Positions 8,996-18,591 of a stretch of 22,488 bases of DNA are shown one piece after another (positions within the stretch are counted from its first letter, which is position 1; each line of letters begins with the position of its first letter). The notes under the pieces were generated by a model. It was not told where the DNA came from and did no database searches. It saw only the letters and a program-made list of their open reading frames with translations. The position numbers were made by a program, and so were the translations under genes. Location of the stretch: contig JAWXBZ010000160.1 of the NCBI GenBank assembly GCA_034440375.1, positions 1-22,488 on the forward strand, written 5' to 3'. This DNA is from Candidatus Eiseniibacteriota bacterium. Its GTDB lineage: Bacteria; Eisenbacteria; RBG-16-71-46; JABDJR01; JAWXBZ01.

Positions 8996-10069
8996 TTACC
9001 GCATCTCGTCCGGAGGGACATCCCATGATCCGGACGGCCCCGGCTTCACAAACTTGTAGTGCGACACGATCCACTCCTGACCATGCCGGTACTTCCAGAG
9101 TTCCTCACAGGCCATGAAGAAAACCCGCCAGCAGTTCAATCGGCCAGCCGCCTGATCTTCCCCATGGATGGCGGAAAGAATCGGCAGGGCCGCGGCGCGA
9201 TTCTGGTCCAGGTTTTCGAGCCACGCCCTGGCGGTTCGACCATAGTGGCGGCCGTCAATCCGCCAATGATCGAGCAACCGCAAGTCGTCCTGGAAGTAGA
9301 GCAACAGGTGGTCGGACGGCATGGTGCCGCCGGTAAAGAAATTCCGGGTGAGCCAGTCGTCGTCGCTCTCGATCAGGTACGGGTAGGCATGGCGCAGATG
9401 GGTGAAGATGTGGATGAACAGCTGGCCCCCCGGCTTCAACCAACCGGCCAGTCGTTTCAGGAGGCGGGGGTAGTTCCGCATGTGCTCCAGCATCTCCACG
9501 GAGACGACACGATCGAATTGATGGGACGTTTCGAAATCGGTCATGTCGGCCGTAAGCACCTGGACCCGGGTCAGTCCACGCCGGGCGGCCTCGGCCACCA
9601 GGTGCTTCCGTTGCGAGGACGAATTCGAGACGGCAACGATGTTGCTGTTCGGGTAGCGCTCGGCCATCCACAACGTCAGGGAGCCCCAGCCGCAACCCAA
9701 CTCCAGGATTTCCTGGCCGTCTTCTATCCCGGCGCGCTCGCAGGACAATTGGAGCATCGCCTCCTCGGCCTCCGCCAGGGTGGTCACCCCGGAGGGCCAG
9801 TAAGCGCCGGAATACTTGAGTCGGGGTCCGAGGCAAAGTTGGAAAAAAGACGTCGGGACTTCGTAGTGCTGGGTATTCGCCTCGGCCGTCTCGATCGCGA
9901 TGGGGCTTTGGCGGATCTCGGCGATGAACTCCCGGATGGCATCCTGTTGCGCCTCCACGCCGTCCCGCCGCTCGAAGACCAGCTTTCGTCGCAGGTTGTG
10001 GCGAATTACGAGTCGAATGACAAAGTCGGGCCACCACCCCTTCTCCATCCACCGAATCGTCCAGCTCAT
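8996..10069 (-). CDS. SAM-dependent methyltransferase, Cfa/coclaurine N-methyltransferase-like
   Basis: Start is ATG 10069, overlapping the DUF1295 stop (ATGA). [48 protein letters not shown]. Confidence 0.9.
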   Translation of the reverse strand: MSWTIRWMEKGWWPDFVIRLVIRHNLRRKLVFERRDGVEAQQDAIREFIAEIRQSPIAIETAEANTQHYEVPTSFFQLCLGPRLKYSGAYWPSGVTTLAEAEEAMLQLSCERAGIEDGQEILELGCGWGSLTLWMAERYPNSNIVAVSNSSSQRKHLVAEAARRGLTRVQVLTADMTDFETSHQFDRVVSVEMLEHMRNYPRLLKRLAGWLKPGGQLFIHIFTHLRHAYPYLIESDDDWLTRNFFTGGTMPSDHLLLYFQDDLRLLDHWRIDGRHYGRTARAWLENLDQNRAAALPILSAIHGEDQAAGRLNCWRVFFMACEELWKYRHGQEWIVSHYKFVKPGPSGSWDVPPDEMR

Positions 10070-10860
10070 GCTGGCCGCTTTCGTGGGAACCATGGGATGA
10101 ACACGCTGGTCTCGGCCTGGTAGGAGCGGTAATCGTCGCCCCGGCTGGCTATGGCCTGCGCCTCGGTGGCCGGAATTCCCGTCAGCCGGAAGATGAAGAA
10201 CAACATCAGCACCGGTGCACCGATGGCCGTCCATCCCCAGTGAGCCGGGAACGCCAAGATCGCGAAGGCGCACCAGATCAACCACTCGAAGAAGTAGTTC
10301 GGGTGACGTGACAGGCGCCATAGCCCGGCCCGACAAGTGCGCCCACGGTTATACGGATGGCCGCGCCATTTTGCGAGTTGACGGTCGGCAACGGCTTCCC
10401 CGGTCAGGGCGATCGACCAGAGGATCGCCGCTGCCAGGTCGGTGGCGCGTGGTGCGGGGGCAGGATCCATTGCCGCCAGGAGGAACGGCAGCGAGAGGAC
10501 AACATCGAGTAATCCCTGCGCCTGAAAAAAAACAAAAAACGCGGGAGAGGCGCGGTGCCCCCAGGCTCTCCGGAGCGTCTGGTAACGCCCATCCTCGGGT
10601 TTGCCGATGACGCGATCGAAGAGCAGGTAAGTCGCCAGCCGGAAGCCCCAGGCACCACCCAGGAGAGCCACCAGGATTCGTCGGATCGGATGGCCGAGGC
10701 CGAACATGCCGTAGAAGATGGCCAGGATCGCCAGGCCGGCGGCCCATCCCACATCAACGATGCCGGCATCACGGTGCTTCTGCTGCCAAATCCAGAGAGC
10801 CGCAAAGAGCAGGATGAGCGCCGCCCATCCGGCCAGCGGCAGGACGATGAACGGGCTCAT
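10066..10860 (-). CDS. DUF1295 membrane protein (steroid 5-alpha-reductase/ICMT-like)
   Basis: Several TM helices; [40 protein letters not shown]. Confidence 0.92.
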   Translation of the reverse strand: MSPFIVLPLAGWAALILLFAALWIWQQKHRDAGIVDVGWAAGLAILAIFYGMFGLGHPIRRILVALLGGAWGFRLATYLLFDRVIGKPEDGRYQTLRRAWGHRASPAFFVFFQAQGLLDVVLSLPFLLAAMDPAPAPRATDLAAAILWSIALTGEAVADRQLAKWRGHPYNRGRTCRAGLWRLSRHPNYFFEWLIWCAFAILAFPAHWGWTAIGAPVLMLFFIFRLTGIPATEAQAIASRGDDYRSYQAETSVFIPWFPRKRPA

Positions 10861-12167
10861 GAATCCTGGGAGCCCCCCGTCCGCCGCACCGGCAGGCCGT
10901 CACTCCTCCCATCCTCCCCCGGTCGGGCCAGCAGCAGCTGGACATTGCCGATGACCTTCTCGTGAAACGCGGCTTCACATGAGGCCAGGTAGTAATCCCA
11001 CATCCGGATGAATCTCTCGTCATGGCCCAGCGCACGCACCGTCGCCAGCCGGTCCAGGAAGCGGCGTCGCCAGGCCTGGAGAGTCGGCACATAGTGCAAA
11101 CCGATTTCCTCCCGGCCGATCACGTCCAGCCGTGAGGCTCGCCGCAGGCTCTTTCCAATCTCGGCCACCGAGGCCAGCAGGCTCCCGGGGAACACGTGAC
11201 GCCGAATGAAGTCGCTCCGGAACCGGTAGGTGTGAAACCCCTCGTCGGGCACCGTGATGGTCTGCAGGAAGGCCCGCCCGCCCGGCTTCAACGCCCTGTC
11301 GATGGCGGCGAAATAGCCATCGTAGTTCTCGTAGCCGACGGCCTCGAACATCTCGATCGAAACCACCCGATCGAACGATTCCCGCACGTCGCGATAGTCC
11401 ATGAGCCGGATCTCGACACGCCCCGTCAACCCGGCTTCCGCCACGCGTGCGCGCGCCAGCTCAAGCTGTTCCCGGGATAACGTGATGCCCGTCACGCGAC
11501 AGCCGGTTTGAAGCGAGGCCGTGATGGCAAGACTTCCCCACCCGCAGCCGATATCCAGTAGATGGTGCCCGGGGCTAAGTCCGAGCGCCGCCACGATTCG
11601 ACCGGACTTGATGCGTTGAGCTTCCTCGAGACTCTCCCTTCCAGATGGAAAGACGCCTGACGAGTAGGTCATCGAGTCGTCCAGGAAGAGGCGATAGAAA
11701 TCGTTGCCGACATCGTAGTGGGCCCGGATGTTCAGTCGGCTTCCCGCGCGCGTGTTGGCCCGCAGTTGATGGAGAAAGGCGTTCCACAAGCCGGCGAGGC
11801 CGGCCATCCCCGCATTCAAGCGGGCCGGCGGCTGGTTGCGGAGAAACATGCGAAGACAGCGAGGCAGATCGTCCGCCCACCAGTCACCGGCCATGTAGGA
11901 CTCACCGATGCCGATCTCTCCGGCAAAGAGAAGTCGCCGGAAGGCATCGTCCCGGACGACATGTGTCCGGATGACGGGATCGGCATCCATCTGTCCGAAC
12001 ATCAGGCGCTCCCCCTCCGGCAATCGTACCTCGAGCCTCCCCTCCCGCCACTCCGTGAACCGATTCAGGACCGCGGAACGTGACAGGCGATTGATGATGC
12101 CGCTTCGTGATGCGGAGAAGGGAAGTCGTCCGGCGGCAGTCAGCTGATCGGATTGGGATTCGTTCAT
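10857..12167 (-). CDS. cfa: Cyclopropane-fatty-acyl-phospholipid synthase family methyltransferase (UfaM/UfaA1-like)
   Basis: Start is ATG 12167 (ATGA overlap, GAGGA RBS). IGIGESYMAGDW, NIRAHYDVGNDFY, LDDSMTYS, LDIGCGWGS, VSIEMFEAVG, RMWDYYLASCEAAF. Confidence 0.92.
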   Translation of the reverse strand: MNESQSDQLTAAGRLPFSASRSGIINRLSRSAVLNRFTEWREGRLEVRLPEGERLMFGQMDADPVIRTHVVRDDAFRRLLFAGEIGIGESYMAGDWWADDLPRCLRMFLRNQPPARLNAGMAGLAGLWNAFLHQLRANTRAGSRLNIRAHYDVGNDFYRLFLDDSMTYSSGVFPSGRESLEEAQRIKSGRIVAALGLSPGHHLLDIGCGWGSLAITASLQTGCRVTGITLSREQLELARARVAEAGLTGRVEIRLMDYRDVRESFDRVVSIEMFEAVGYENYDGYFAAIDRALKPGGRAFLQTITVPDEGFHTYRFRSDFIRRHVFPGSLLASVAEIGKSLRRASRLDVIGREEIGLHYVPTLQAWRRRFLDRLATVRALGHDERFIRMWDYYLASCEAAFHEKVIGNVQLLLARPGEDGRSDGLPVRRTGGSQDS

Positions 12168-12940
12168 GGATATTCCTCGGTCCGCCGGGCAACATGCTTG
12201 AAGTGTGGGACGCGTTTCAACCAGAGCCGAAGCGCCTCCCAGTGAATGCGTGCAATCACCTGGAGCGTCATGAAGGGATACAAGAGGAGCAGGACCAGCA
12301 GCGTGCGGTTCGTGAGCGGGCGCGAGGCTCCGGACAGCGTGGCGTCGAGAAACCGCCCCTGCCCGTCGAAGTCCTTCATGTGAACCGAGAGCCCTCGCGC
12401 CGGCCGGTTGAAGCGGAAGCTCCACCGCCCATCCAGCCGGGCAAAAGGCGACACGAATATCTCCTTCGGGGTCTCGAAGGTAAGCACGCCCGTGGCGCAG
12501 CGTTCATCGAGCAGGTACGCGTGCCGCTCACCGAACGTGTTTCTGACCTCCGCGACCACGCAGCGGAGCACGCCTTCGGCATCATGGCAATAAAAGAAAC
12601 TGACCGGATTGAATGCGTAGCCGAGGATTCGCAGGTGAGTGAGCAGCTCGATACGCCCCCCGGTGAGATCCACGCCATGACGGGACAGAAACTCCAGCAC
12701 GGCGGCCTTGAGACCACGGCCGGAGCTGCCGAGATGATCACCGTCATGAAGCGAGACGACGTTGAAACGATTGACCGAAAACAGCTTCAGCCGCCGCTCC
12801 ATTTCCGGAAGCTCCCCGAGATCAATCAGGTGCATGTAGATGGGGAAGGAAAATCGATGCGGCCGCGGGCGGTAACGGCGGTGCACGAGGCGACCCACGT
12901 ACAACCTGGAGTTGAGCGGGGTCGCGACCGGGCGGTCCAT
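12164..12940 (-). CDS. DUF1365 family protein (UfaO-like)
   Basis: Start is ATG 12940 (TGATG overlap). HRRYRPRPHRF, GYAFNPVSFFYC, EVRNTFGERHAY, IHWEALRLWLK. Confidence 0.92.
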   Translation of the reverse strand: MDRPVATPLNSRLYVGRLVHRRYRPRPHRFSFPIYMHLIDLGELPEMERRLKLFSVNRFNVVSLHDGDHLGSSGRGLKAAVLEFLSRHGVDLTGGRIELLTHLRILGYAFNPVSFFYCHDAEGVLRCVVAEVRNTFGERHAYLLDERCATGVLTFETPKEIFVSPFARLDGRWSFRFNRPARGLSVHMKDFDGQGRFLDATLSGASRPLTNRTLLVLLLLYPFMTLQVIARIHWEALRLWLKRVPHFKHVARRTEEYP

Positions 12941-14199
12941 CAGAACGCCACTCCCAACCGCCCGGCCACCTGGATGCCGCTCATCAGCCCGTCCTCGTGA
13001 AAGCCAAAGCGGGTCCATGCCCCGCAATACCAGGTACGCCGTTGACCGTTCAGCGTCCCCAATCCCTCACGGGCGGCAAGCCCGGGCACGCTGAAGAAGG
13101 GGTGTTCGTAGGAAATCCGCCGGATCACACTGCTTTGGTCGATGCGTTGCGAATCATTCAGCGTCACGCAGAAGGGCGGACCGGGAATCGACTGCAGTCG
13201 ACTCATGTCATAGGTCATCGTGATGCCGGGTGTCCGTTCGGCGCAGTCGTCAAGATGGATATTCCATGAGGCCCGGGCCCCGCGGTGGCGCGGAAGTAAC
13301 GACGCATCGGTGTGCAGCACCGCCTCGTTCGCCGTATAGGGAATTCCGGACAGCACGCGCGTTTCCTCCGGGGAAGGATCCGCCAGCAGCGCCAGCGACT
13401 GGTCGGCATGAGCGGCGAGAATCACCTGGTCGTAGTCACGGGACTTGCCGGTAGCCGTGACGACGGTGACGGCGTCGGGACGACGGGAAACGGATCGCAC
13501 CGGCGTCCCCAGCCGGATTCGCCCGGCGAACGGAGCAATGAGCCGTCTGACATATTCCCGGCTGCCGCCGGTTACGGTTCTCCAAGGCGGGCTGGTGTTC
13601 ACGCCGAGAAAACCATGGTTCTCAAAGAACCGGACAAAACTTGTCACTGGAAAGTCGGTCATCCCCGCCAGGGAGGTGGACCAGACCGCACCTCCGAGCG
13701 GCAACAGGAAGTGACGCCGGAACGGGGCACCATAGTTGCGACCGGCCAACCACTCCCCCAGGGTCTGCCCGGCCGCGACGGGATCGTCCAGCACACCCCT
13801 GGCGTCACGGAAGAATCGGAACATGTCGACCATCATCCGCCAGTGATCAGGTCGTACCCAGTTGCCCGGGGCGGCGAAGAGTCCACGGGCGCTGGAGGCG
13901 TAATCGATGCCGCACCGATCGCAGGACACGCTGAAGGACATGTCGCTTTCCTGCGTGACCACGTCCAATTCGCGAAAGAGCCGGGTCAGGAGCGGATAGG
14001 TGCGTTCGTTGTAAACGATGAAACCCGTATCGATTGGAATCACCCCCGCAGTCGAGCCACTTTGGGAGGAGATCGACACGGTATGGCTGTGACCGCCGGG
14101 ATAGTCGTTCTTCTCGAATACGTCTACGTCGTGCCGGCGGCTGAGCAGCCAGGCCGCTGAAAGTCCGGAAATGCCGGTTCCGACAATGGCGATGTTCAT
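12940..14199 (-). CDS. FAD-dependent oxidoreductase/desaturase (UfaD-like)
   Basis: Start is ATG 14199 (GGAG RBS). MNIAIVGTGISGL dinucleotide-binding motif, GGHSHTV, DTGFIVYN, GFHEDG. Confidence 0.93.
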   Translation of the reverse strand: MNIAIVGTGISGLSAAWLLSRRHDVDVFEKNDYPGGHSHTVSISSQSGSTAGVIPIDTGFIVYNERTYPLLTRLFRELDVVTQESDMSFSVSCDRCGIDYASSARGLFAAPGNWVRPDHWRMMVDMFRFFRDARGVLDDPVAAGQTLGEWLAGRNYGAPFRRHFLLPLGGAVWSTSLAGMTDFPVTSFVRFFENHGFLGVNTSPPWRTVTGGSREYVRRLIAPFAGRIRLGTPVRSVSRRPDAVTVVTATGKSRDYDQVILAAHADQSLALLADPSPEETRVLSGIPYTANEAVLHTDASLLPRHRGARASWNIHLDDCAERTPGITMTYDMSRLQSIPGPPFCVTLNDSQRIDQSSVIRRISYEHPFFSVPGLAAREGLGTLNGQRRTWYCGAWTRFGFHEDGLMSGIQVAGRLGVAF

Positions 14200-14258
14200 C
14201 TCGACTCCGGCATGGCGAATTGGATGAACGATGGAGCCATCCGATTCAGGACTTCTGG

Positions 14259-14561
14259 TCACCCGGGGAGGCCGGAGGGCGGGTCGCGGCTCAACCGCTC
14301 CCGCTTCCGGAGCAGGCGTAGGTAGAGCGTCCCCACTTTTTCGCGCGCCCAGGGTGTCTTGCGCAGGAAGCCCAGGCTGGAGGCCACGCTCGGATCGCTC
14401 GTGAAACAGCGGATCCGGATGCGCCGCCCCAGTTCCTCCCACCCCAGCCGAGCGACCAGCTCGGTCAGCTGGCGCTCGAGCGTGATCCCGTGTAGTGGGT
14501 TCCGGGGTTGATCCGCAGGGGGGGCCGGCCCGTCACCGCGGGCACGAGCCGGCTTCGTCAT
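14259..14561 (-). CDS. VF530/DUF2132 family putative DNA-binding protein
   Basis: [41 protein letters not shown] signature. Confidence 0.9.
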   Translation of the reverse strand: MTKPARARGDGPAPPADQPRNPLHGITLERQLTELVARLGWEELGRRIRIRCFTSDPSVASSLGFLRKTPWAREKVGTLYLRLLRKRERLSRDPPSGLPG

Positions 14562-14567
14562 CGTGCG

Positions 14568-15263
14568 TCAGTCGCCGAGGTCCTGATATGGCAGCAACTT
14601 CACGCGGGACCACGGCATGGGTGTCGTGACCACGGGTTGCTGGCAGCAGCACCAGATGGCCGAGGCTTCCACGGCGTAGGCGCCGGTGTAGCCGGGGGGA
14701 CACGGGTATGCGCCGACTGCGAGCAGCGTTGTTTCGATCGCGATCGAGATCGGGTCAAGGTTTCCCGCCATGCCGCAGTTAATCTGCGACTGCACCAGCG
14801 CGATGGCGAGCGACTCGGCCTGTGCCTGGGTCTGCCCGCAGACGAGCGCCGGAGACCCGGTCGCCCCCTGCGTGCAGGTCGAAACGCAGGGCTCCGAATT
14901 CCTGACCTGGAACTGCGGCCCATACGTCCAGGTCGTTTGCGCCGTGTCCTCGATGTACATCTGATAGGTTCCGGCTGCGAGTGCGTTGCTGAGCCTGAAC
15001 ACGGTTTCGCCGTCATTGCTCGCGCTCAGGACCACGATCTGCGCGACCACGTTGGCGGGGATATGGATCAGGTAGACGTTGACCAGGGTGGCCGGACCGC
15101 CGCTCCACAACACGGTGTGCACATGACCGGTACTCCACGTCTCGGTCCCGGTGGGCACCGACCAGGCGAAAGGCTGCGCGCCGGCCGTGAGTGGGACGGC
15201 GGTGAGCAGGAACGCGGCGACGACAACAGAACGAATGCGCTGCAGAGCATGGACGTCAAACAC
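14568..15263 (-). CDS. Secreted protein: Ig-like N-domain, Cys-rich domain and PVVTTPMPWSRVK tail
   Basis: GGAGG RBS plus GTG 15263 inside track ORF 14568..15512; signal peptide ending PLTAGA. PTGTETWSTGHVHTVLW resembles the PNGGE-type (Kre9/KNH-like) Ig repeat; 8 Cys. Confidence 0.8.
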   Translation of the reverse strand: MFDVHALQRIRSVVVAAFLLTAVPLTAGAQPFAWSVPTGTETWSTGHVHTVLWSGGPATLVNVYLIHIPANVVAQIVVLSASNDGETVFRLSNALAAGTYQMYIEDTAQTTWTYGPQFQVRNSEPCVSTCTQGATGSPALVCGQTQAQAESLAIALVQSQINCGMAGNLDPISIAIETTLLAVGAYPCPPGYTGAYAVEASAIWCCCQQPVVTTPMPWSRVKLLPYQDLGD

Positions 15264-15532
15264 AGCAGACCTCCGCCGAATGGGCCCCGGGGCGAACGAA
15301 ATGAGCCAATTGAGTTTAACACGGCGAAGCAGGGCAGCTTCCGGCGGACGGTGACAGTCGGCGGCACCTGGCATGAGCGTGAGCGCGTAGCGGCGGCCCC
15401 TCAGATTGGCGTACGATTCAAAGGTTGCCCTCGGCTGGCCTGCATGAATGGCTCCGGTTCGAGCCTCGTACTGATATCCACTGCTTCGTTCCGCAGTGCT
15501 GCTTTCCACCATCGGCAGGATTGGAGGCGCGG

Positions 15533-16606
15533 TTGTCCTTTTTCTTGATGATTCTCGTCGCTTTGATGTCTTTCGCGAATGCCGATGAGGCCGTCGTTAA
15601 CATAACCCCCAGGCCCCAGCCAATTTTCATCGAACAGGGGACATCGGCTCAGTATCTCAATTTCGATTTCATCGTCGAGAATCTGACCAGTGAGACATTG
15701 CTCATTACCGGAATCGAAGTGTCCGTATTCGATCGCAATGGCGCATTGGTGCTGCGGAAGTTCATTGACGGCAATGGAACGAGGCCGAGTGTCGAGACAC
15801 TCGCCAATCGGAAGGTTGACAGCAAGGAAACCATTCTGATTTTCAACCCCTTCCATGCTTTCGATCCTCAGACCGAACTTGCAAAACTGCGATTCGAGTT
15901 TTCCTTTCTCGCTCCGGCACAGGAGAAGGAATATAAACGGGACGTCCTCGTTGCCCCGGTCGCCTACGAAACCAGAACGAACTTGAAACTGCCCGTCAAT
16001 GGACGAATAATTGTCTATGACGGGCACGATTTTTATGCGCATCACCGACGCTTTGACTATACGATTCCGGGTTTGCAGCAACTGGGATTCAACTCAAATT
16101 TCATGCGCTACAGTTACGACTTTGTTCCGATCAACCCGCAGGGTGAGATGTATCAAGGCAAGGAAGAAGACAATCAGAATTATTTTGGCTTTGGCGACCC
16201 ACTGCTGGCTTCAGGGAGCGGCAGGATTTCGGCCATCGTGGACGACAAGCCGGATAACAGATCCTTCGATCAGGCGGAGCTCGCGACCAGACCCATGGTG
16301 TTATTTGGAAACTATGTGGTCATTGACCACCTTAACGGCGAATACAGCCTGTACGGTCACATCAAGCAGGGCAGCGGAACGGTGAAGGTGGGTGAGGCCG
16401 TCACACAAGGACAGGTCATCGGCCAGATTGGGGCTTCCGGAAGCGCAAATTTTCCGCATCTACACTATGAATTGCGAACAGGTGTCGACACAAAGGCCGA
16501 GGGACTTCCATCATACTTCGGAAACTTTCGCCGCGTCCTCGGCACCAGGACAATTGATGTCACAATGGGGCGAGTTGATACCGGTGACATTTTGGAAGCA
16601 CGATAG
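15533..16606 (+). CDS. Secreted M23 family metallopeptidase
   Basis: GGAGG at 15523-15527 plus TTG 15533; signal peptide ending FANA. RYSYDF, GNYVVIDH, YGHIKQGS, IGASGSANFPHLHY (HxH). Confidence 0.88.
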   Translation: MSFFLMILVALMSFANADEAVVNITPRPQPIFIEQGTSAQYLNFDFIVENLTSETLLITGIEVSVFDRNGALVLRKFIDGNGTRPSVETLANRKVDSKETILIFNPFHAFDPQTELAKLRFEFSFLAPAQEKEYKRDVLVAPVAYETRTNLKLPVNGRIIVYDGHDFYAHHRRFDYTIPGLQQLGFNSNFMRYSYDFVPINPQGEMYQGKEEDNQNYFGFGDPLLASGSGRISAIVDDKPDNRSFDQAELATRPMVLFGNYVVIDHLNGEYSLYGHIKQGSGTVKVGEAVTQGQVIGQIGASGSANFPHLHYELRTGVDTKAEGLPSYFGNFRRVLGTRTIDVTMGRVDTGDILEAR

Positions 16607-16611
16607 AATAG

Positions 16612-17276
16612 GTCCAGGCTTGCCCGTCTGGAACAGCAGGCGTCTATTCCGACTGCTTCACTTTCGTTTCATGTTCCGCCTTTGCGATCTCCCCCAACAC
16701 ATGGTCCGGCTTGACTTGGGTCTTGAGATCCTCGTAGTTTGAATCGGAGGGAATCGCCACCTGCAGATGTTTGGCAATCGCGTCAGTCATTTGAATGAGC
16801 CGGGTGATTTCATGCTCGGCCAGAAGATTGATCTGCAGATCGAGGTCGGCATGGCGCTCGGCAATCCTGGCCATTCGATTCTGAGAAATCAAAACAAACG
16901 TCGAAACAAAAATAGCCTCCACCGATGCAATCATGGACAGAATCGCGAATGGGAAGGGGTCGAAGGGGGTGAAGCCCAGGGTCCCGCTGTTGAACAGAAT
17001 CCAGCCGAAGATAAGAACGGCATGCACATAGACAAACTTCACGCTGCCGGCGAGACGAGTGATCAGGCCGGCCAATTTGTCTTCGAAGGAGCCCACCCGC
17101 CTCATCTGTTCTCGAGTTTCGATCAGAGTACGGATATTTTCCTGGACCACGCCGGCGAGTTCCGACTTTGCGGGAATTTCGGTGGTCGTTCGATGATTTT
17201 CAGGGGCACGTGCATCCATTAGCTCAAAAGACTCTCACAAAACGAACCTCGGCCTCAATCGGGTGTCCAGGCTTGC
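16612..17276 (+). repeat. 12-bp direct repeat GTCCAGGCTTGC flanking the DUF1003 gene
   Basis: Exact copies at 16612-16623 and 17265-17276, both intergenic; an 11/12 inverted copy at 8908-8919. Confidence 0.55.
16644..17219 (-). CDS. DUF1003 membrane protein
   Basis: FDPFPFAILSMIASVEAIFVSTFVLISQNR and DLDLQINLLAEHEIT signatures; two TM helices. Confidence 0.92.
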   Translation of the reverse strand: MDARAPENHRTTTEIPAKSELAGVVQENIRTLIETREQMRRVGSFEDKLAGLITRLAGSVKFVYVHAVLIFGWILFNSGTLGFTPFDPFPFAILSMIASVEAIFVSTFVLISQNRMARIAERHADLDLQINLLAEHEITRLIQMTDAIAKHLQVAIPSDSNYEDLKTQVKPDHVLGEIAKAEHETKVKQSE

Positions 17277-17296
17277 GCCAAAGTGTCTAGTGACAG

Positions 17297-18502
17297 TCAG
17301 CCTGACACGGCTGCCGTGGCCTGGTTGGTGAACTCCACCCGCACCCCGCGCTTGGCATAACGGGCCAGTGTGGCGGCGTCCCAGTTCGTCAGGCGGATGC
17401 AGCCGTGGGAAGCCGCGTAACCGATCGTCTCCGGGGTGGCCGTGCCGTGGATCCCGTAATTCTCCTTCGAGAGCTGCATCCAGACCACGCCGACCGGCGA
17501 ATTGGGGCCGGCCGGCAGGTTGGCTTCCGGCTTGTCGTCCGGCACGTCGGCGAACAGTTTTGGCTGGTAGTGGAACGTGGGATTCTGCGCGATCCCGGTA
17601 ATCCGGAGGTTACCCTCGGGTGACGGGTCGTACTTGGACCCCAGCGTTGACGGGAAGTGGAAGAGGATGTTTCCATCGGCATCGATTGCGTGGGCGTAGA
17701 AGCCCCGGCGCGACACGACGACACGGTCGATGACGCGCGTCGAGTCGACGCCTCCCTTCGCCATCCAACCCGAATCGACGTTGGGGACGAGCAGCTCCTC
17801 CCCCGCCTTCAAGCTCTCGGCACGCAAGCCGGAATTGAGTGTGGTCAGGAACTCCGGCGTCGTGTGGAACTTTTCGCCCATCGCCTCGAGCAGCGACTCG
17901 TAACACAGGCAGGACTGCTTGGCCTTGTCGTACATGTCCTTTCCGAGCGGCACAAATTTCTGGCCGGCGTCGGCGGCCGTTACCCGGTAGGGGACGACCG
18001 GCTCCCATTGACCTGCCAACCGTTCGAGAAGCCGGCGCGTCTCCAGATCGAGTTCACCCGTCGGCGTCACGCCGTACGCATCCTGGAACCAGTACAGCGC
18101 CTTGGCCGTGTTCTTCCCCGCCCGGCCATCGATGGCCCCCGGCGAGAAATGAAGCCGATCCAGCCATACCTGAAGCGTCAACGCCGGCAGACTGTCAGAC
18201 GGCGCTCCGGTCCGTCCCATTACCTGGGACGTATCCACCGGCAGCGCCCGGGGACGTCCCGGACCCCGCTGCATCATTTCGTACCGTGCCGCCGACCGCC
18301 ACGACGTATCCCCGCGCGCCGCCTCGATGGCCGCCGCATCGGCCGCATCGACATCGAACACCGGCGCGGAAGCATCAAGCGCGAACGTGTCGCCGGGGAC
18401 CGGCGCCCGATTCGATGCCGCATCCGAGTGGGTATCCCGCCGGGCGCATCCGACGGCCCCGATGACGACCAGGCCGAGTAAAAATATCGCATTTCGTCTC
18501 AT
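17297..18502 (-). CDS. L,D-transpeptidase (YkuD domain) lipoprotein with peptidoglycan-binding domain
   Basis: MRRNAIFLLGLVVIGAVGC lipobox-like signal (start 18502 or 18511); PGAIDGRAGKNTAKAL..FQ..G.LD PG-binding motif; catalytic YGIHGT..SHGCIRL. Confidence 0.92.
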   Translation of the reverse strand: MRRNAIFLLGLVVIGAVGCARRDTHSDAASNRAPVPGDTFALDASAPVFDVDAADAAAIEAARGDTSWRSAARYEMMQRGPGRPRALPVDTSQVMGRTGAPSDSLPALTLQVWLDRLHFSPGAIDGRAGKNTAKALYWFQDAYGVTPTGELDLETRRLLERLAGQWEPVVPYRVTAADAGQKFVPLGKDMYDKAKQSCLCYESLLEAMGEKFHTTPEFLTTLNSGLRAESLKAGEELLVPNVDSGWMAKGGVDSTRVIDRVVVSRRGFYAHAIDADGNILFHFPSTLGSKYDPSPEGNLRITGIAQNPTFHYQPKLFADVPDDKPEANLPAGPNSPVGVVWMQLSKENYGIHGTATPETIGYAASHGCIRLTNWDAATLARYAKRGVRVEFTNQATAAVSG

Positions 18503-18591
18503 CCCGCCCATGAGATGCAAATTCCGTTCCAACCTGCGCCATAAAGCCTCCACGACACCCGGGCGGCGATGTCAGTAGATCATGGCGAGGG

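Noticed and set aside
10070-14442. Extended N-termini of the track ORFs in the lipid operon (starts 10336, 12425, 13027, 14442)
   Set aside because: They overlap upstream genes in other frames. Stop/start overlaps and family N-termini define the shorter starts.
15264-15512. 83-aa upstream extension of the 14568 ORF, and GTTTAAC at 15314 as a possible attC core
   Set aside because: The RBS and signal peptide favour GTG 15263. There is no matching GTTRRRY or attC-like hairpin, and no integron integrase.
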